A stretch of DNA of 64,000 nt, taken from contig NC_068996.1 of the NCBI RefSeq assembly GCF_001194135.2, positions 23,166,053-23,230,052 of the forward strand, in the 5' to 3' direction. The translations under genes and the position numbers were made by a program. This document shows, in pieces, positions 40,501 to 54,090 of the stretch. The stretch's first letter is position 1. Each line of letters begins with the position of its first letter. Below the pieces are notes generated by a model. That model made no database searches and was not told where the DNA came from. It saw only the letters and a program-made list of their open reading frames with translations. The stretch comes from Octopus bimaculoides. Taxonomy: Eukaryota.

Positions 40501-41070
40501 AGAATAAGTACTAGACTTATAAGGAATAAGTCCAGGTGTTGATTTGTTCAACTAAAGGCAGTGCTGCAGCATGGCTGCAGTCAAATGACTAAACAGATAA
40601 ATGAATACACACACACACACACACACACTATATTATATAATATAAAGACATACATGCATATATATTGTAAAGACCTCTTGACCCTTTGTGTATAATACAA
40701 GAAGTTTAATACAAAACACCAGAATCAAAATTAGGTAAAAGTATTATATTTCTGTAAAAAAATGTATCCACAAATAGGTATAGAGGGTAGTGGTTTTTAC
40801 ATTTGACATTACATTGTAATGGAGAGAGTAAGTGCAGAAATGTATTTGAACATAGCCACATGTCCTGTAAAACCTTTTTATAACAATCGTTTTAAATGAA
40901 TTAATGAATGGATGGAGCCCTGGTGGTAAATAAATGAAACAATAATTATCTTAATTATTTTATCTAATCTCTGTTAGGTTCCATTTTATGTTCATGATGT
41001 TGGTTGTATGCTACTCTCATTAATAATTATTAATGAGAGAAGCAATAATAGTCGCAATCCTCTTCAGCTG

Positions 41071-41110
41071 TTAAAGGCTGATTAAATTTTTTAAGTCTTG
41101 CAGTACTATG
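41071..41110 (-). other. Candidate exon start (strong acceptor); 3' end given is the phase-1 stop
   Basis: ctacttttattgcattttgatag|catagtactg; reads SIVLQDLKNLISL* if spliced from the 45535 donor. Confidence 0.25.
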
Positions 41111-41311
41111 CTATCAAAATGCAATAAAAGTAGCAGAACATAGAATAGGAATACAAGACATTTATTTCAGTAAATAAATAAAAGTGAGAGGAAACAGAAC
41201 ATCTCTCTCTCTTTCTCTCTCCCCCTCCCTCNNNNNNNNNNNNNNNNNNNNNNNNNNNNNNNNNNNNNNNNNNNNNNNNNNNNNNNNNNNNNNNNNNNNN
41301 NNNNNNNNNNN

Positions 41312-41353
<42 letters not shown>

Positions 41354-44300
41354 AATTCTACAAGTTAGCTTCAATTCATGAGACTGAAACTTTAAGTTGC
41401 ATGGAGCTGAATCAAACAGTTATGAAATAATATATGTAACTTCTACCAAATGTGTTCAGTGATACCTTCTACCCACAAAATTGTGTGTGTGTGTAAATAT
41501 ATATATATTTATAATCCATTATCTTCAGTCCAACAAAATATATTTTGTGAATGGATGTCACTGTCACTCAAGATGAGTCCTTCATTCCTAATTTTCATTG
41601 AAAATGTATCTGTTTATGAGGAATATTACCCTACATGGAAACAAGTGTGGGTTGGTGACAGAAAGAGCATCCAGTTGTAGAATATCTACCTCAGCAAAAT
41701 TGCATCTGACCAATAGTAATATTGAAAAAGTGGATGCAAAAATGATATTTTTTACTCTACTTCTTTATACATTCTCCATTAAAATCATGACTCTTTGGTG
41801 TTACCTACATCGAGCAGTGTAGTAACATACTTTGAGGATTATATACCACTTTGAGAATGTACACCATATATATATATATTTATGAATGGAATGAAGGAAA
41901 TGTACAACTGACATAAATTGAGATGAAACCTTAATAATGCTTAGAATGTTGTTCAAAAATATACTTCTATCAAAAAGTCATTCAGTGAACAACTTTCAAC
42001 CTGCATCTATCTATGCTTGTAATAAACTCTACTTGAATTGCATTTCAAAATTTTTATTCTAATCTAATTTGTTGGTTTTGCTTCATGAGGATAAATTTAC
42101 TTTTTATCTATTTTCTTTTTTCATTATTCTTGACATGAAACTTGAAATTAATATAACTGAGATTTTTTTTTTTTTGGCTTAAATTTGTGTGAAATCTGCT
42201 GAATGGATAGGAATTTGGCATGGAATGAAAAAAAAAACAAAAAAAACCTGAAAATTGAAATATATCAGATTCAATGGAAATTTGAATTTGAATCAATAAT
42301 GAGTTTCACTTTACTTTTCAAAGTTGAATCAATCCATCCTTTTTTTTCCACCCCACTATTCCACCAAAAACGGCACTATGTAAAAGGGTTCAAAATAGAG
42401 ATTTTTTTTCTATCTCTTTTTTTTTTAAATTCAAGATTTGAGTTTTAAATTTCAGAAAATTGATCTTCCAATTCCAATTTATGAAAATATTCATTAAAAA
42501 ATTTTGTTATAATGAAAACCTGCCACAGGTAATTTCGTGTTTAACATGATATTTTGGGCAAGTATCTTCTACTGTAGCTCTCAGTGACCAAATGCCTTGT
42601 GAGTGAATTTAGTAGACAGAAACTGTGTGATTGAAGCCTTTTATATATACTGGGTGTCACACTCTAATCTTTCATCATCTGACACAAGATCACCTCCTCT
42701 AATGCCCCCTCCCCTCTCAAAAATTTCTTGTCTGTAAGTTACTTGGTGATTCTGCCAGTGTTGGTGCTATGTAAGAAGCAATCAATCCACACTATAAAGT
42801 GGTTGACATTTGGAAGGGCATCCAGCTGTAAAAACCATACCAAAACTGATCTCACCTGTGATGGTGCCATGTAAAAATCACTCAGTCCACTCTGCTGGGT
42901 GGTTGGTGTTAGGAAGGCAATCCAGCTGTAAAAGCCATACCAAAACTGACCTCATCTGTGCTGGTGCCGCGTAAAAAGCACTCAGTCCACTCTGCTGGGT
43001 GGTTGGTGTTAAGAAGGGCATTCAACCATAAAAACCATGCCAAAACAGACACAGAAGCCTAGTGTAGTCTTCTACCTGGCTGGCTCCTGTCAAACCATCC
43101 AATCCATGCCAGCATGGAATGTGGATGTTACACAATGATAATGATGATGTATATATATGCATATAGATACAAATATACACATCTATACACACATACACAC
43201 ACTTATCAGTAAATATCCTGGAATCATGTAGACAGTTAGTGTAATAAAATAAATTATGTAATATACTGTTGTGCACATGAATTTAATGCATTCTATATGA
43301 CCATGTATTTTAAACTTTACTCTAAAATACTTTTTTGTAGTTTATAAAAGGCAAGACTTAAAATATTCCTTGTTCATGAAAGATAAAAGCTAAATAATAT
43401 AAAAAGAAAAAAACCCCAAAAAACTTTGCAGCAGTTCAAAATATATATTTTCATTTGCAAGATGAAACAAATCTGATAACAAAGAATGCAGAACAAATTT
43501 CAATTTTTCATTATTTCATATATTATTATTTTTGTGCAAGTATAGAAAACTTTATTGTAAAAGAAACAATGAGTGGCCTTATTTCAACAGAATTCTTTAA
43601 CATTTTATAGAAACTCTTGAAGAGCAGTGTGGTGTGGTGGGGAGCTTGTTTAACTCTTTTGATACCAACCTGAGACTGCTCCTGGTTCTATGATGCAATA
43701 AAAAAAAAAAAATTTCCTATTTTAATGTGATCTAAATTAAAACCTTCCATCAAAAATTTCATGTTGATTTATGTCCGAAACACCAACTTAATGATAACAA
43801 AGTTATTTTGCTAAATTCTTTATTGCTTTTAAAATTAATTGAAACAAAAAACATTTCAACAAAAATATTGTAGCAAGAGGGTAAAGTGATCTAAATTAAA
43901 ACTTGTCATCAGAATTACACATTAATTTATGTTCTAATAACAAAATCATTTTACTAAATTCATCATTGTTTTTAAAATTAATTCATTATTTCCAGAATAA
44001 AGGAAATGTATCTAAACACAAATATGGTAAACAAAAGTTGGGTGGGGTTCAAGTGTAATGACTGAAAGGTCTTTATGTTTACAAACTATTTATTGACCCA
44101 AAGAAATATCATTTTATTATCTAAATACAAGAATTTTGCTTTGAGATTTGTAAAAAATTTTAAATCAGCAAGCATATTGAAAAAGATAATAATTCCACTT
44201 TAGATGTCATTGAACAGACAAAAAAAAACGCAGAGATGTTATTCTACTGTTAATAATAGCATTGCTTTTAGCCAGTGGAAATATAATTTTTGTAAATTTC

Positions 44301-44446
44301 TGTCTATGTATATTGTAAATCCATATCAAAGTATGGTGGAATAATGTTCTTAGATAATCATGTTCTTGCATATGTGAATGAATCTCTGTGCATACCTTCA
44401 GTTGCATATTACTATAACTAGACGCCCCGCCCCACACACACACACA

Positions 44447-44660
44447 CGAGAGGGTGCTGAAAAGTTCCAAGCTTTGAGTAAAATAAAATGCAAGATTGGT
44501 TAATTATGATTTTATGCAACATTTTCCCCTCTCAGATTCACACACTTATTGCAGTAGTCCTTCAGTTTTTCTAAGCCCTGTAAAAGAACTCAGGAGGTTG
44601 GGCCTCCAACCAAGCCTTACGTGACATCCTTAAAGCCAGGAACTTTTGGGTTCCCCCTCA
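44447..44660. mobile_element. Mariner-type MITE, copy 2
   Basis: Aligns end to end with 12182-12398. Confidence 0.75.
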
Positions 44661-44675
44661 TGTGTGTGTGTGTGC

Positions 44676-44706
<31 letters not shown>

Positions 44707-45534
44707 CATACACACACACAGTTATCTAAGCATAAAACTACATAGTAATATCCTTTGATCTGACAAACTCTCTGTTTGTTTGAATATTTTGAACTATTTA
44801 GGTCATTGTTTAAAATTTTAAAGCTTTAATATATTGCATTTGAATATATTTTTTCTTTTTGCATTATCTGACATCTAATTTTGTAATTTTGTGAGGCACA
44901 ATGGTTATAAGATTCAAGACTACTGACAACATCAGTCATAAATTCAGATCTTATCAGTCAACCATGCTGAGAGATTTGCAAAGGAAAAAGCAGTTACATG
45001 TAAAACAATTTCTTCAACATATATATAAGTACAAGCATAATTGTGTGGTTAAGAAGTTCACTTCAAAACTACATGATTTAATCCATTAGTATTTAAATCG
45101 GCAACATCCAGCTCTAAAATATTCAATGTTATTTATATCTTAAACTGGCTAGATTTGGCCTCTCACACCTTCCCAACACTATCATAAAAATAAACAATCA
45201 CTTTGTTGAAATTTCAAAGCTATGAGATGAGGTAATGTACAATTAATTCAAAACAAGGTGAACAGATGTAAGCATTATATTTGACAAGAGTAATCTGAGT
45301 GAGAAAGAGTTATATGGTTCACTTCCACTATGCTGCCACTGTTGGCTGGTTATTCCTACAGTAGCTGCATACTGACTTGTGTATTGTGAAATTTAGTGGA
45401 TAGAAATTGGAACAAGCCTGTTGTGTGTAGCAGGTTGGTGGGGAGAGGGAGGGAGAGAGAGAGGGAGAGAGAGCATGCCATGTATGTGATGCCCTTCTCT
45501 TGAAATGTGTGTTCTAATTGTAAACAAAAGTCAC

Positions 45535-45583
45535 CTTGTGTACAATCCGTTCGGGGAATCATGCCCTGCCATTGCAACATTTG
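45535..45583 (-). other. Candidate 49-nt exon
   Basis: Acceptor tttatttccctttgtccttcaaacag| and donor caag|gtgact; one frame reads NVAMAGHDSPNGLYT. Confidence 0.5.
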
Positions 45584-46315
45584 CTGTTTGAAGGACAAAG
45601 GGAAATAAATATTGTTTTATTTTTTTTGGAAGCAAATGAGTTTTGGTGACATGAAGCCCCAGCATCTGGCTATAGAAAACTCTGCTTCAACAAAACTAAT
45701 TTGAGGCAGGCAAACATTGATTGAGAAAACTGACACTAATGACAAACCATCCTATGCATGAGCTGTCTTTCTGATTTCACGGTCATTAATTCAGATCTTG
45801 CTAATGTCATTGTATTGTGTCCCTGAAGCTGCTAGCCCAAAATGATATTTCCTGCAATTTAGATCACTTAAGAAAGAAAGAAAAAAAAATCTCTCTACTC
45901 CCTGCATCGTGATTCAGTAACTTGTGGTAGGACAAATATAAACTGTCTTACCCATGGGCATGGAAAAATAGATGTTAAAATGGTAATAATTTTTGAGTTT
46001 ATACAAAAGGAGATGTAACTTAATATATTTTGGGCAAATGTAAATGTAGATTCAATAAGGAATGGCATCCAGCATTGGAAACTAGTGTTTCAACAAAAAT
46101 ATGGTAGCAAAAGGGTTAAAGTGATCAAAATTAAGATCTTCCATCAAAATTTCATGTTTAATATATATATTCCAAATACCAAATGACAAAGTTGTTTAAC
46201 TAAATTTTGCATTATTTTCAAAATTAATTGAAACAAAGGCTGCACATTTGAATAGAAATATGGTAACAAATGGATTAATGGGTTTAAGAATGTTATTATT
46301 TCAAGCTAAACATAC

Positions 46316-46393
46316 TTGATGTATTTAACTTTTTCTTGATATAATAAAAATGTGAAAAGCTGGTGTTGTATCACTTTTAGTGACCTATTCAGT
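46316..46393 (-). other. Candidate 78-nt exon
   Basis: Acceptor cttttatttttcttctatccacaacag| and donor catcaa|gtatgt; single open frame LNRSLKVIQHQLFTFLLYQEKVKYI. Confidence 0.5.
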
Positions 46394-47548
46394 CTGTTGT
46401 GGATAGAAGAAAAATAAAAGCTGTTGTATATATTTTGAATGTTGTTAGTATAGAAATGAACATTTCTAGTGAATCAAGTCTGTTACATTGTTTTTTCTAT
46501 TCCGGTTGCCTTATAACGAATTTTATTCACATATCAATGTTATTCATTAAGAATGGCATAAACAATATATCATTACATTTCTTTTTCATTATGAATTTCC
46601 TTTCTACATCATTAATTTAATGCCTGCTTTTCCATGCTAGATTTGAGTTTTATTGAGGGTAAATTTCCTATGACCAGATGCCCTTCCTGTCACCAACCCT
46701 CACCTGTTTCTAAGCAAGGTGATTTTTCCCTCCTGGCCAGACATGTTCTTGCAGAATATTGAATGACACTGCTTGAATAATAGCGACACTCATTTACAGC
46801 TATCAGGTCGTAAACAAGGAGACACAAACACAAATACATGCACTCTCACAAATATATGATGGTCTTCTTTCAGTGTCTGTTTACCAAATTCATTGACAAG
46901 GCTTTGGTTAACTCTGGACTATGGTAGATGACACTTACCAAAGGTGCTTTGCCAGAACCAAACCCAGCACCATGTGGTTGGGAAGCAAACTTCTTACCTC
47001 ACAGCTCCACACCTGTACCTACATGAAACTAGCATGTGCTCTTGATAGGAATTATATTTACTAATCATATCAATATATCTATCAGAGAACATCTTTTATC
47101 ATTTACTTACTTCAGTCAATGGACTGTAGTTAAGCTGGAGCATTACATTAGACGTTTTAATCTCATAAATCAACCCTAACCCTTATTTCTGATTTAAGTT
47201 TGATACTTTTCCTCTCTGTTTTGCTGGACCACTAAATCACTGACATATAAACAAACCAACACCAATTGTCAAGCAATTCAGGACATACACACACACACAT
47301 TATGGTCTTCCAAACAGTATCCTTCTACCAAATTCTCTAACAAGGCATTTGTTGGCCAGGGGTTATAGTAGAAGACAGTGAGATTGAACCCAAAACTGAC
47401 ATGATTATAAACTGAAGTTCTTAACCACACAGCCATGCCTGCACCTATAAGAAAATTTTTTTGTTTTATTTTGTGTTTTGTTTATATAAAATTATCCACG
47501 ATATCAGTATTGCCATAATTAATTGTATTCTTTTTCTATTATTTTCAG

Positions 47549-47586
47549 GTAAGTAATGAATCTTGAGATTAACCTGTCCGTGTTTG
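47549..47586 (+). other. AG|GTAAGT site with a 38-nt non-coding exon
   Basis: ttctttttctattattttcag|GTAAGT...gtgtttg|GTAAGT; stops in all three frames. Confidence 0.4.
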
Positions 47587-48115
47587 GTAAGTTGCATGAT
47601 TATCTATGATTTTTTATTCACAAGATAACAAAAACTGTACAGTTTATCCTTCAGCATTTAAACCTGCCATATCAACCCTGAATATTGTACCTGTTTTCAT
47701 GTTCAAACTAGCCAGATCTGGCCTCTTACATCTATCGTACAATGTCATTCTAAAAATAAACAATCACATCAACGAAATCTTGAAGCTATGAGATAATGCA
47801 CGATTAATTCAAAACAATGTGAATAAATAAGCATTACATCTGACGAGGTAATCTGAGCCAGGGATACTGAATCAACATGTCTATTACCATAATTGATGGT
47901 GGTTTTGTCTAGCTTTCTCTCTCTCTCAGCTCCGATTGAACAGAACTAAGACCAAAGGAATTCAAGTTATGACCATCCATTTTACTCTCTAAGCCAAATA
48001 TATCTTTTTCTAAGATGGTGCCCTATGTTGTGCAAACATTAACCTTGTGAGTCAATGTTGAATCAGAGTGTCTAATGTTGAGTCAATATGTCTAATGTTG
48101 AGTCAACATGTTTAA

Positions 48116-48335
48116 CCCTTTCGTTACCAACCCAGCTGAAACCGGCTCTGATTCTGAGTACAAATGTCTTGTTTTTCTAAGTTTTGAATTAAAATCTTCC
48201 ACCAAACCTTAGTCACAATTTATGTTCCTAACACTAGCTGAATGATAACTAAGTTATTTTACTAAATTCTCTGTTATATTTTAAATAATTGAAAGAAACA
48301 CAGAGCATCTCAAAATAAATATAGTAACAAAAGGG
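48116..48335. mobile_element. piggyBac-type MITE (220 bp); relatives at 43654-43881, about 43886-44045, 46080-46280 and 23030-23232
   Basis: TTAA TSD at 48112-48115 and 48336-48339; TIRs CCCTTTCGTTAC / GTAACAAAAGGG. Confidence 0.85.
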
Positions 48336-48879
48336 TTAATGTTGAATCAATACTGCTAATATAACTAACAGCTCTACCACTAGGTCAAGGGATCTAATGT
48401 TAAGTCAGCAGGTCTAACATTGAGTCAACAGATCCAACATGTCTAATATTGGTTTCAAATTTTGGCACAAGGCCAACAATTTCGTGAGTGGTGGTGGCTA
48501 AGTTGATTGCATTGATCTCAGTGCTCAACTGGTACTTATTTTATTCACCCCAAAAGGACAAAAGGTAAAGTCAACCTTCGTGGAATTTGAATACAGAATG
48601 TAAACATGGATGAAATGTGCTGCTGTACTAACAGTTCTGCCAACTTGCCAGCTTCAACATGTCTAATATTCAGTGACATCTCTTAGCCATTTAGCTATGA
48701 ACAAAATGTATGAACAATTTATGTTTTATTTTTAGGTTATTAAAACCATCTTTCTGTAAAGGCAGCCATATTGAGTTACAGAGCTCACAAGCTCACACAT
48801 ATACAAAAGCATGCAATCATGCATATATATTTTACTACTTCAAGTAGCCACAACTGAGATGTGTATTACTATGTCTTGC

Positions 48880-49060
48880 CAGGAATTTTTGTTTCTCTTT
48901 TTTCTTTGGTAGACCCTCAGTTTGTGTTTCTTCTATCAGTAGCATCAATGTAGTAGAGTAGTATTCTTCATCTATTAGACCGCAGAAATCTCCAAAGCTG
49001 TAACATCTAATATAGACTATTGTTCAATAGGATAGCAAGCCAACTCTGGATAGAATAACA
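48880..49060 (-). mobile_element. Very old LINE C-terminal remnant
   Basis: Minus translation ...TLMLLIEETQTEGLPKKKRNKNSWQDIV resembles the RTE/L2 G.RxRGRPxKxWxD tail. Confidence 0.35.
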
Positions 49061-49934
49061 ATAGAAGAGCTTAAATGTGTCTATAAATCTCTACTTTAGT
49101 CTTGTGTTCACACCATGAGATGCTTTGAACCCCCATGAGAAGTCTGGAGTATGTGCAATCAAGGTGATTTTAAAAGTTCCTTCTTCATAATCTAGATTTT
49201 GGGTCCATAAAGAAAAATGTTACACACACACACACACAGTGGTACACCATACATAGGTACAAGCACGAAGATTCCATTTGTTCAAAANNNNNNNNNNNNN
49301 NNNNNNNNNNNNNNNNNNNNNNNNNNNNNNNNNNNNNNNNNNNNNNNNNNNNNNNNNNNNNNNNNNNNNNNNNNNNNNNNNNNNNNNNNNNNNNNNNNNN
49401 NNNNNNNNNNNNNNNNNNNNNNNNNNNNNNNNNNNNNNNNNNNNNNNNNNNNNNNNNNNNNNNNNNNNNNNNNNNNNNNNNNNNNNNNNNNNNNNNNNNN
49501 NNNNNNNNNNNNNNNNNNNNNNNNNNNNNNNNNNNNNNNNNNNNNNNNNNNNNNNNNNNNNNNNNNNNNNNNNNNNNNNNNNNNNNNNNNNNNNNNNNNN
49601 NNNNNNNNNNNNNNNNNNNNNNNNNNNNNNNNNNNNNNNNNNNNNNNNNNNNNNNNNNNNNNNNNNNNNNNNNNNNNNNNNNNNNNNNNNNNNNNNNNNN
49701 NNNNNNNNNNNNNNNNNNNNNNNNNNNNNNNNNNNNNNNNNNNNNNNNNNNNNNNNNNNNNNNNNNNNNNNNNNNNNNNNNNNNNNNNNNNNNNNNNNNN
49801 NNNNNNNNNNNNNNNNNNNNNNNNNNNNNNNNNNNNNNNNNNNNNTTCAGTAAAAACCATTCAGAATATATAGATTATGATTATACTGAAATTTAGTATG
49901 GCAAAAAAAAATATCTTAGTGGACTCATACATAC

Positions 49935-49957
49935 TGACTAACACACTTCACATGTAA
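49935..49957 (-). other. Candidate 23-nt exon
   Basis: Acceptor gtttcattttgtag| and donor tca|gtatgt; phase-compatible with the 78-nt exon. Confidence 0.3.
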
Positions 49958-50001
49958 CTACAAAATGAAACATGAAATTTTGAAAAAAAAATTGTGTGTC
50001 A

Positions 50002-50039
<38 letters not shown>

Positions 50040-53000
50040 TTTTTTTTATTTTCCTATTAAATTTTGATAGAATCGTAATCTACAATATCACTTGACAACC
50101 GATGCTGGTGTGTTTATGTCCTCGTAACTTAGCGGTTCAGAAAGAGACTGATAGAATAAGTACTATGCTTACAAAGAATAAGTACTAGAGTCGATTTGCT
50201 CGATTAAAGGTGGTACTCCAGTATGGCTGTAGTCGAATGACTAAAACAAATAAAAGAATAGAAAGAATATATATTTGTTATTTTTTTATCTTTTACTCGT
50301 TTTGGTTATTAGACTGTGACCATGCAGGGGCACCAACTTGAAAAATTTTTAGTTGAATGAATCGACTCCAATCTTTTTTTGTCTGTAAGCCTTGTATCTA
50401 TTCTATCAATCTGTTTATTGAACTGCTAAGTTACAGGGACATAAACACACTAATCCCAGTTGTCATGCATTGGTGAGGGAACACACGCTAACACAAAGGC
50501 ACACATTTTTTTTGTCTACCAGGACCCAATGCTTATAGTAGAAGACAACTACCAGAACTTGCCATGCAGTGGGAATGTCTGGGAGTGAACCTGGAACCAT
50601 GTGGTTGGAAAGCAAGCTTCTTACCACACAGCTCTGTCTGCCCCTATATATATATATATATATATATTCATTTATATTTATATAAGGGCATTACTACAGA
50701 ATAATGCCACACACTAGACTTCCCAAATAAACACATTTTAGTACCGAATGCCAGGAAAAGCAACCCTTAAAAAAAACCCAAACTTTTTTTAAAAAATAAA
50801 CTCAACTATATATCGAACGATTTCACGATTACCAGAATAAAATCTGGCTTTCGCTCGTCAGTATAGTACGGTAGAGATATATAAAAGTAAACAAAATCCT
50901 CACCTTACCAAAACGNNNNNNNNNNNNNNNNNNNNNNNNNNNNNNNNNNNNNNNNNNNNNNNNNNNNNNNNNNNNNNNNNNNNNNNNNNNNNNNNNNNNN
51001 NNNNNNNNNNNNNNNNNNNNNTATATAACCATAGTATCATAACTATTGTTAATATCACACACATACATATGTGTGTGTGTGTATGATGTGATGTTAAACA
51101 GTTATGGTACTGTGGTAAGCTCAGGATTGAAGGAAAATAGTTATCATCCACAAGAAGTGGTCAATAGCAGAGTTTGATACAAAAGTTCCCATTTGGTAGG
51201 TTAAGTTTATCTATTCGGTCCCAGGAGTGTAGAATCTAATATTTGAAACCTTGTTACTTCACCTGAGAGTTTGAGGAAGAAAGAAAAGTAGTGGAGTTGC
51301 TGGGCTGGAGGCAAGTGAGTGAAAAAAAGGAATTAAAGTTGAAGGAATGAGGAGGGGTTGAAGAGAGAAAGAGGGAGAGAGAGAAAGCAAGAAGGTTGTC
51401 ATCATAATCAAGATCACCTCCCCTTCATTGTTAGCATTATGAACACTATTTTGTCATCATTAATACAATCACCACCACCTCCAATATCACCATCACCAGC
51501 TCCAAGCTTTCCACTATCATCATCATCATCATCATCCTTGCCATCACCATAACTACTTCAATTTCCACATCCTCATCACTACATATATATACTACCTCCA
51601 TCAATACTCACAGCAGCATCATCCTCCTCCTCCATCATTATCATCACTGACACTACCATCTCTTCATAATCAACATTATCATCATTACCACCACCACAAT
51701 GTCCATCATCATTGTCATCTTCACAACTATCACCACTACTTCCATCATCCCCCCCCCAGTACCACCACCACTATCTCAATTATTCTCATTATCAGCCTCT
51801 CTTCTCCATCTTTGTATTCTTTTCAAAATACTCACTTTAAACTTTGCAGGTCATGTGATGGGAGTTTGATTAATATTTTGGTTGGTTTCCACCAATCAGA
51901 GACCTACTTGGTCCTCAGTTTATGAATTATCTGGGTCAGAGTCTTTCACTGTTTTCAATGTTTCTAGTTTTATTGGCCTGCTACTGCTGCCTGCTGTTGC
52001 CTCTACTCATCAAACACACCAAACTATCCATCAAATCATCACAGACTGACACAATAGCCACAGCCTCCCTGCCTGACCTACAACTGACCCTCACACTGAT
52101 CATCATTTTGGTTTCTCTGTTCTTCATGCATTTTACAACAAAAGAGAACCCCTAAGAAGGAATATGGGGTGGGGTGGGGGGCAGAAAGAAAGCAAAGAGA
52201 AAGAGATTGAAGCAGCAAGGAAGATGGGGGAGAGAAAGAGTGGGGAGGAAGACAAAACAGGAAGAAATATTAGGTGGGGGTTCATGTAGGGGGTGGAAGA
52301 GTGAGACAGAGAGGATGAGTTAATAAAAAGAAGAAAGAACATGATATGGAGGGAAATAGGGAGATGTGGAATGAGTGAAAGAAAGTGAAATGTAGGGGAA
52401 AAAGATGAGATGCTTTTATAACTGAAACTTGGTTTAAAATGAATATGTAAGTTATGGAAAAAAAAATATATAAGCAACACCAGTGATGATAAAAATAGTT
52501 AACATTTGAGTACAATGTCACAAGCTTGTTTTGATTAGCTTTTTATTGCTGTTGTTAATATTATTATTATTGAGTGAGAGAACAATGCATGCCATCAAAG
52601 TGAAACTGGTGTGCAAATATACCAAGCCCAATATACCCATCATGAGTACCTGGCTGATAAGAGTACACCAGGCACATGTATGATAACCATATGTGTGTGA
52701 CATGGTGATCTTATACCAAGATAAACAGTGCTTGACCTTGCAGGTAGGGTCCAGTTAGAATTTTCTTCAGGTTGAGTAGCCCATCCTGCTCAAAAGGTGC
52801 CTGAATAAGGTTTGTTTAAGGATGAACAAAATACCCATGTTTCCAGAGGTGAATTATTCAAATCCCAAAGAATTCCTCTCAACACATGGCTATGATGCTC
52901 CCCCATTATTCCTGCTCAGTATCAGAGTTACACATATTTGTCAGCCACTAGCTAAAGTCCAGCAACTGACACTCAAATCTGTGGTATTGAGCAGAGTATT

Positions 53001-53117
53001 TGCTATAGCCCATCTTTCACACTGAGACAAAACATATATATGATAATATTTCCAATCAATTAAGATCAGGGGCCATGAGAGCCACTTCTTGGTACTGCAT
53101 CAGGGCAATTGTTGTTG

Positions 53118-53151
<34 letters not shown>

Positions 53152-53585
53152 CATTATTATTATTATCACCATCATCATTGTTGTTATTATTAAGGCGGCG
53201 ATGTGGCAGAATTGTTAGCGAACCAGACGAAATGCTTAGCTGTATTTCACTCATCACTATGTTCTGAGTTCAAATTCCACTGAGGTCAACTTTATCTTTC
53301 ATCCTTTCGTGGTTGATAAAATAAGAACCAGTTGAATACTGGGGTTGATGTACTTGACTGATCACCTCCTCCAAAATTGCTGCCCTTGTGCTAAAATTTG
53401 AAACCATTATTATTATTATCAATAATATTAATATTGTTCTTTTTGTCCATACCTGTCGTGTGTGTCACACTTCAAAGAAGAAGTGAGTGGCAAAATGAGA
53501 GAGAGTGAGAGAGAAAGAAAGTGGTGACAATGTTTTGTGTTTTTAAATGTTTATCACATCGCAAGAAAAGTAGATATATAGATAC

Positions 53586-53630
<45 letters not shown>

Positions 53631-54090
53631 NNNNNNNNNNNNNNNNNNNNNNNNNNNNNNNNNNNNNNNNNNNNNNNNNNNNNNNNNNNNNNNNNNNNNN
53701 NNNNNNNNNNNNNNNNNNNNNNNNNNNNNNNNNNNNNNNNNNNNNNNNNNNNNNNNNNNNNNNNNNNNNNNNNNNNNNNNNNNNNNNNNNNNNNNNNNNN
53801 NNNNNNNNNNNNNNNNNNNNNNNNNNNNNNNNNNNNNNNNNNNNNNNNNNNNNNNNNNNNNNNNNNNNNNNNNNNNNNNNNNNNNNNNNNNNNNNNNNNN
53901 NNNNNNNNNNNNNNNNNNNNNNNNNNNNNNNNNNNNNNNNNNNNNNNNNNNNNNNNNNNNNNNNNNNNNNNNNNNNNNNNNNNNNNNNNNNNNNNNNNNN
54001 NNNNNNNNNNNNNNNNNNNNNNNNNNNNNNNNNNNNNNNNNNNNNNNNNNNNNNNNNNNNNNNNNNNNNNNNNNNNNNNNNNNNNNNNNN

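Noticed and set aside
41014-41039. Perfect 26-bp palindrome ctctcattaataattattaatgagag
   Set aside because: AT-rich, single and without supporting context; plausible by chance or local strand-switch repair.
48050-48440. CRISPR-like repeat-spacer array
   Set aside because: Eukaryotic context, degenerate units and no regular unique spacers or cas genes.
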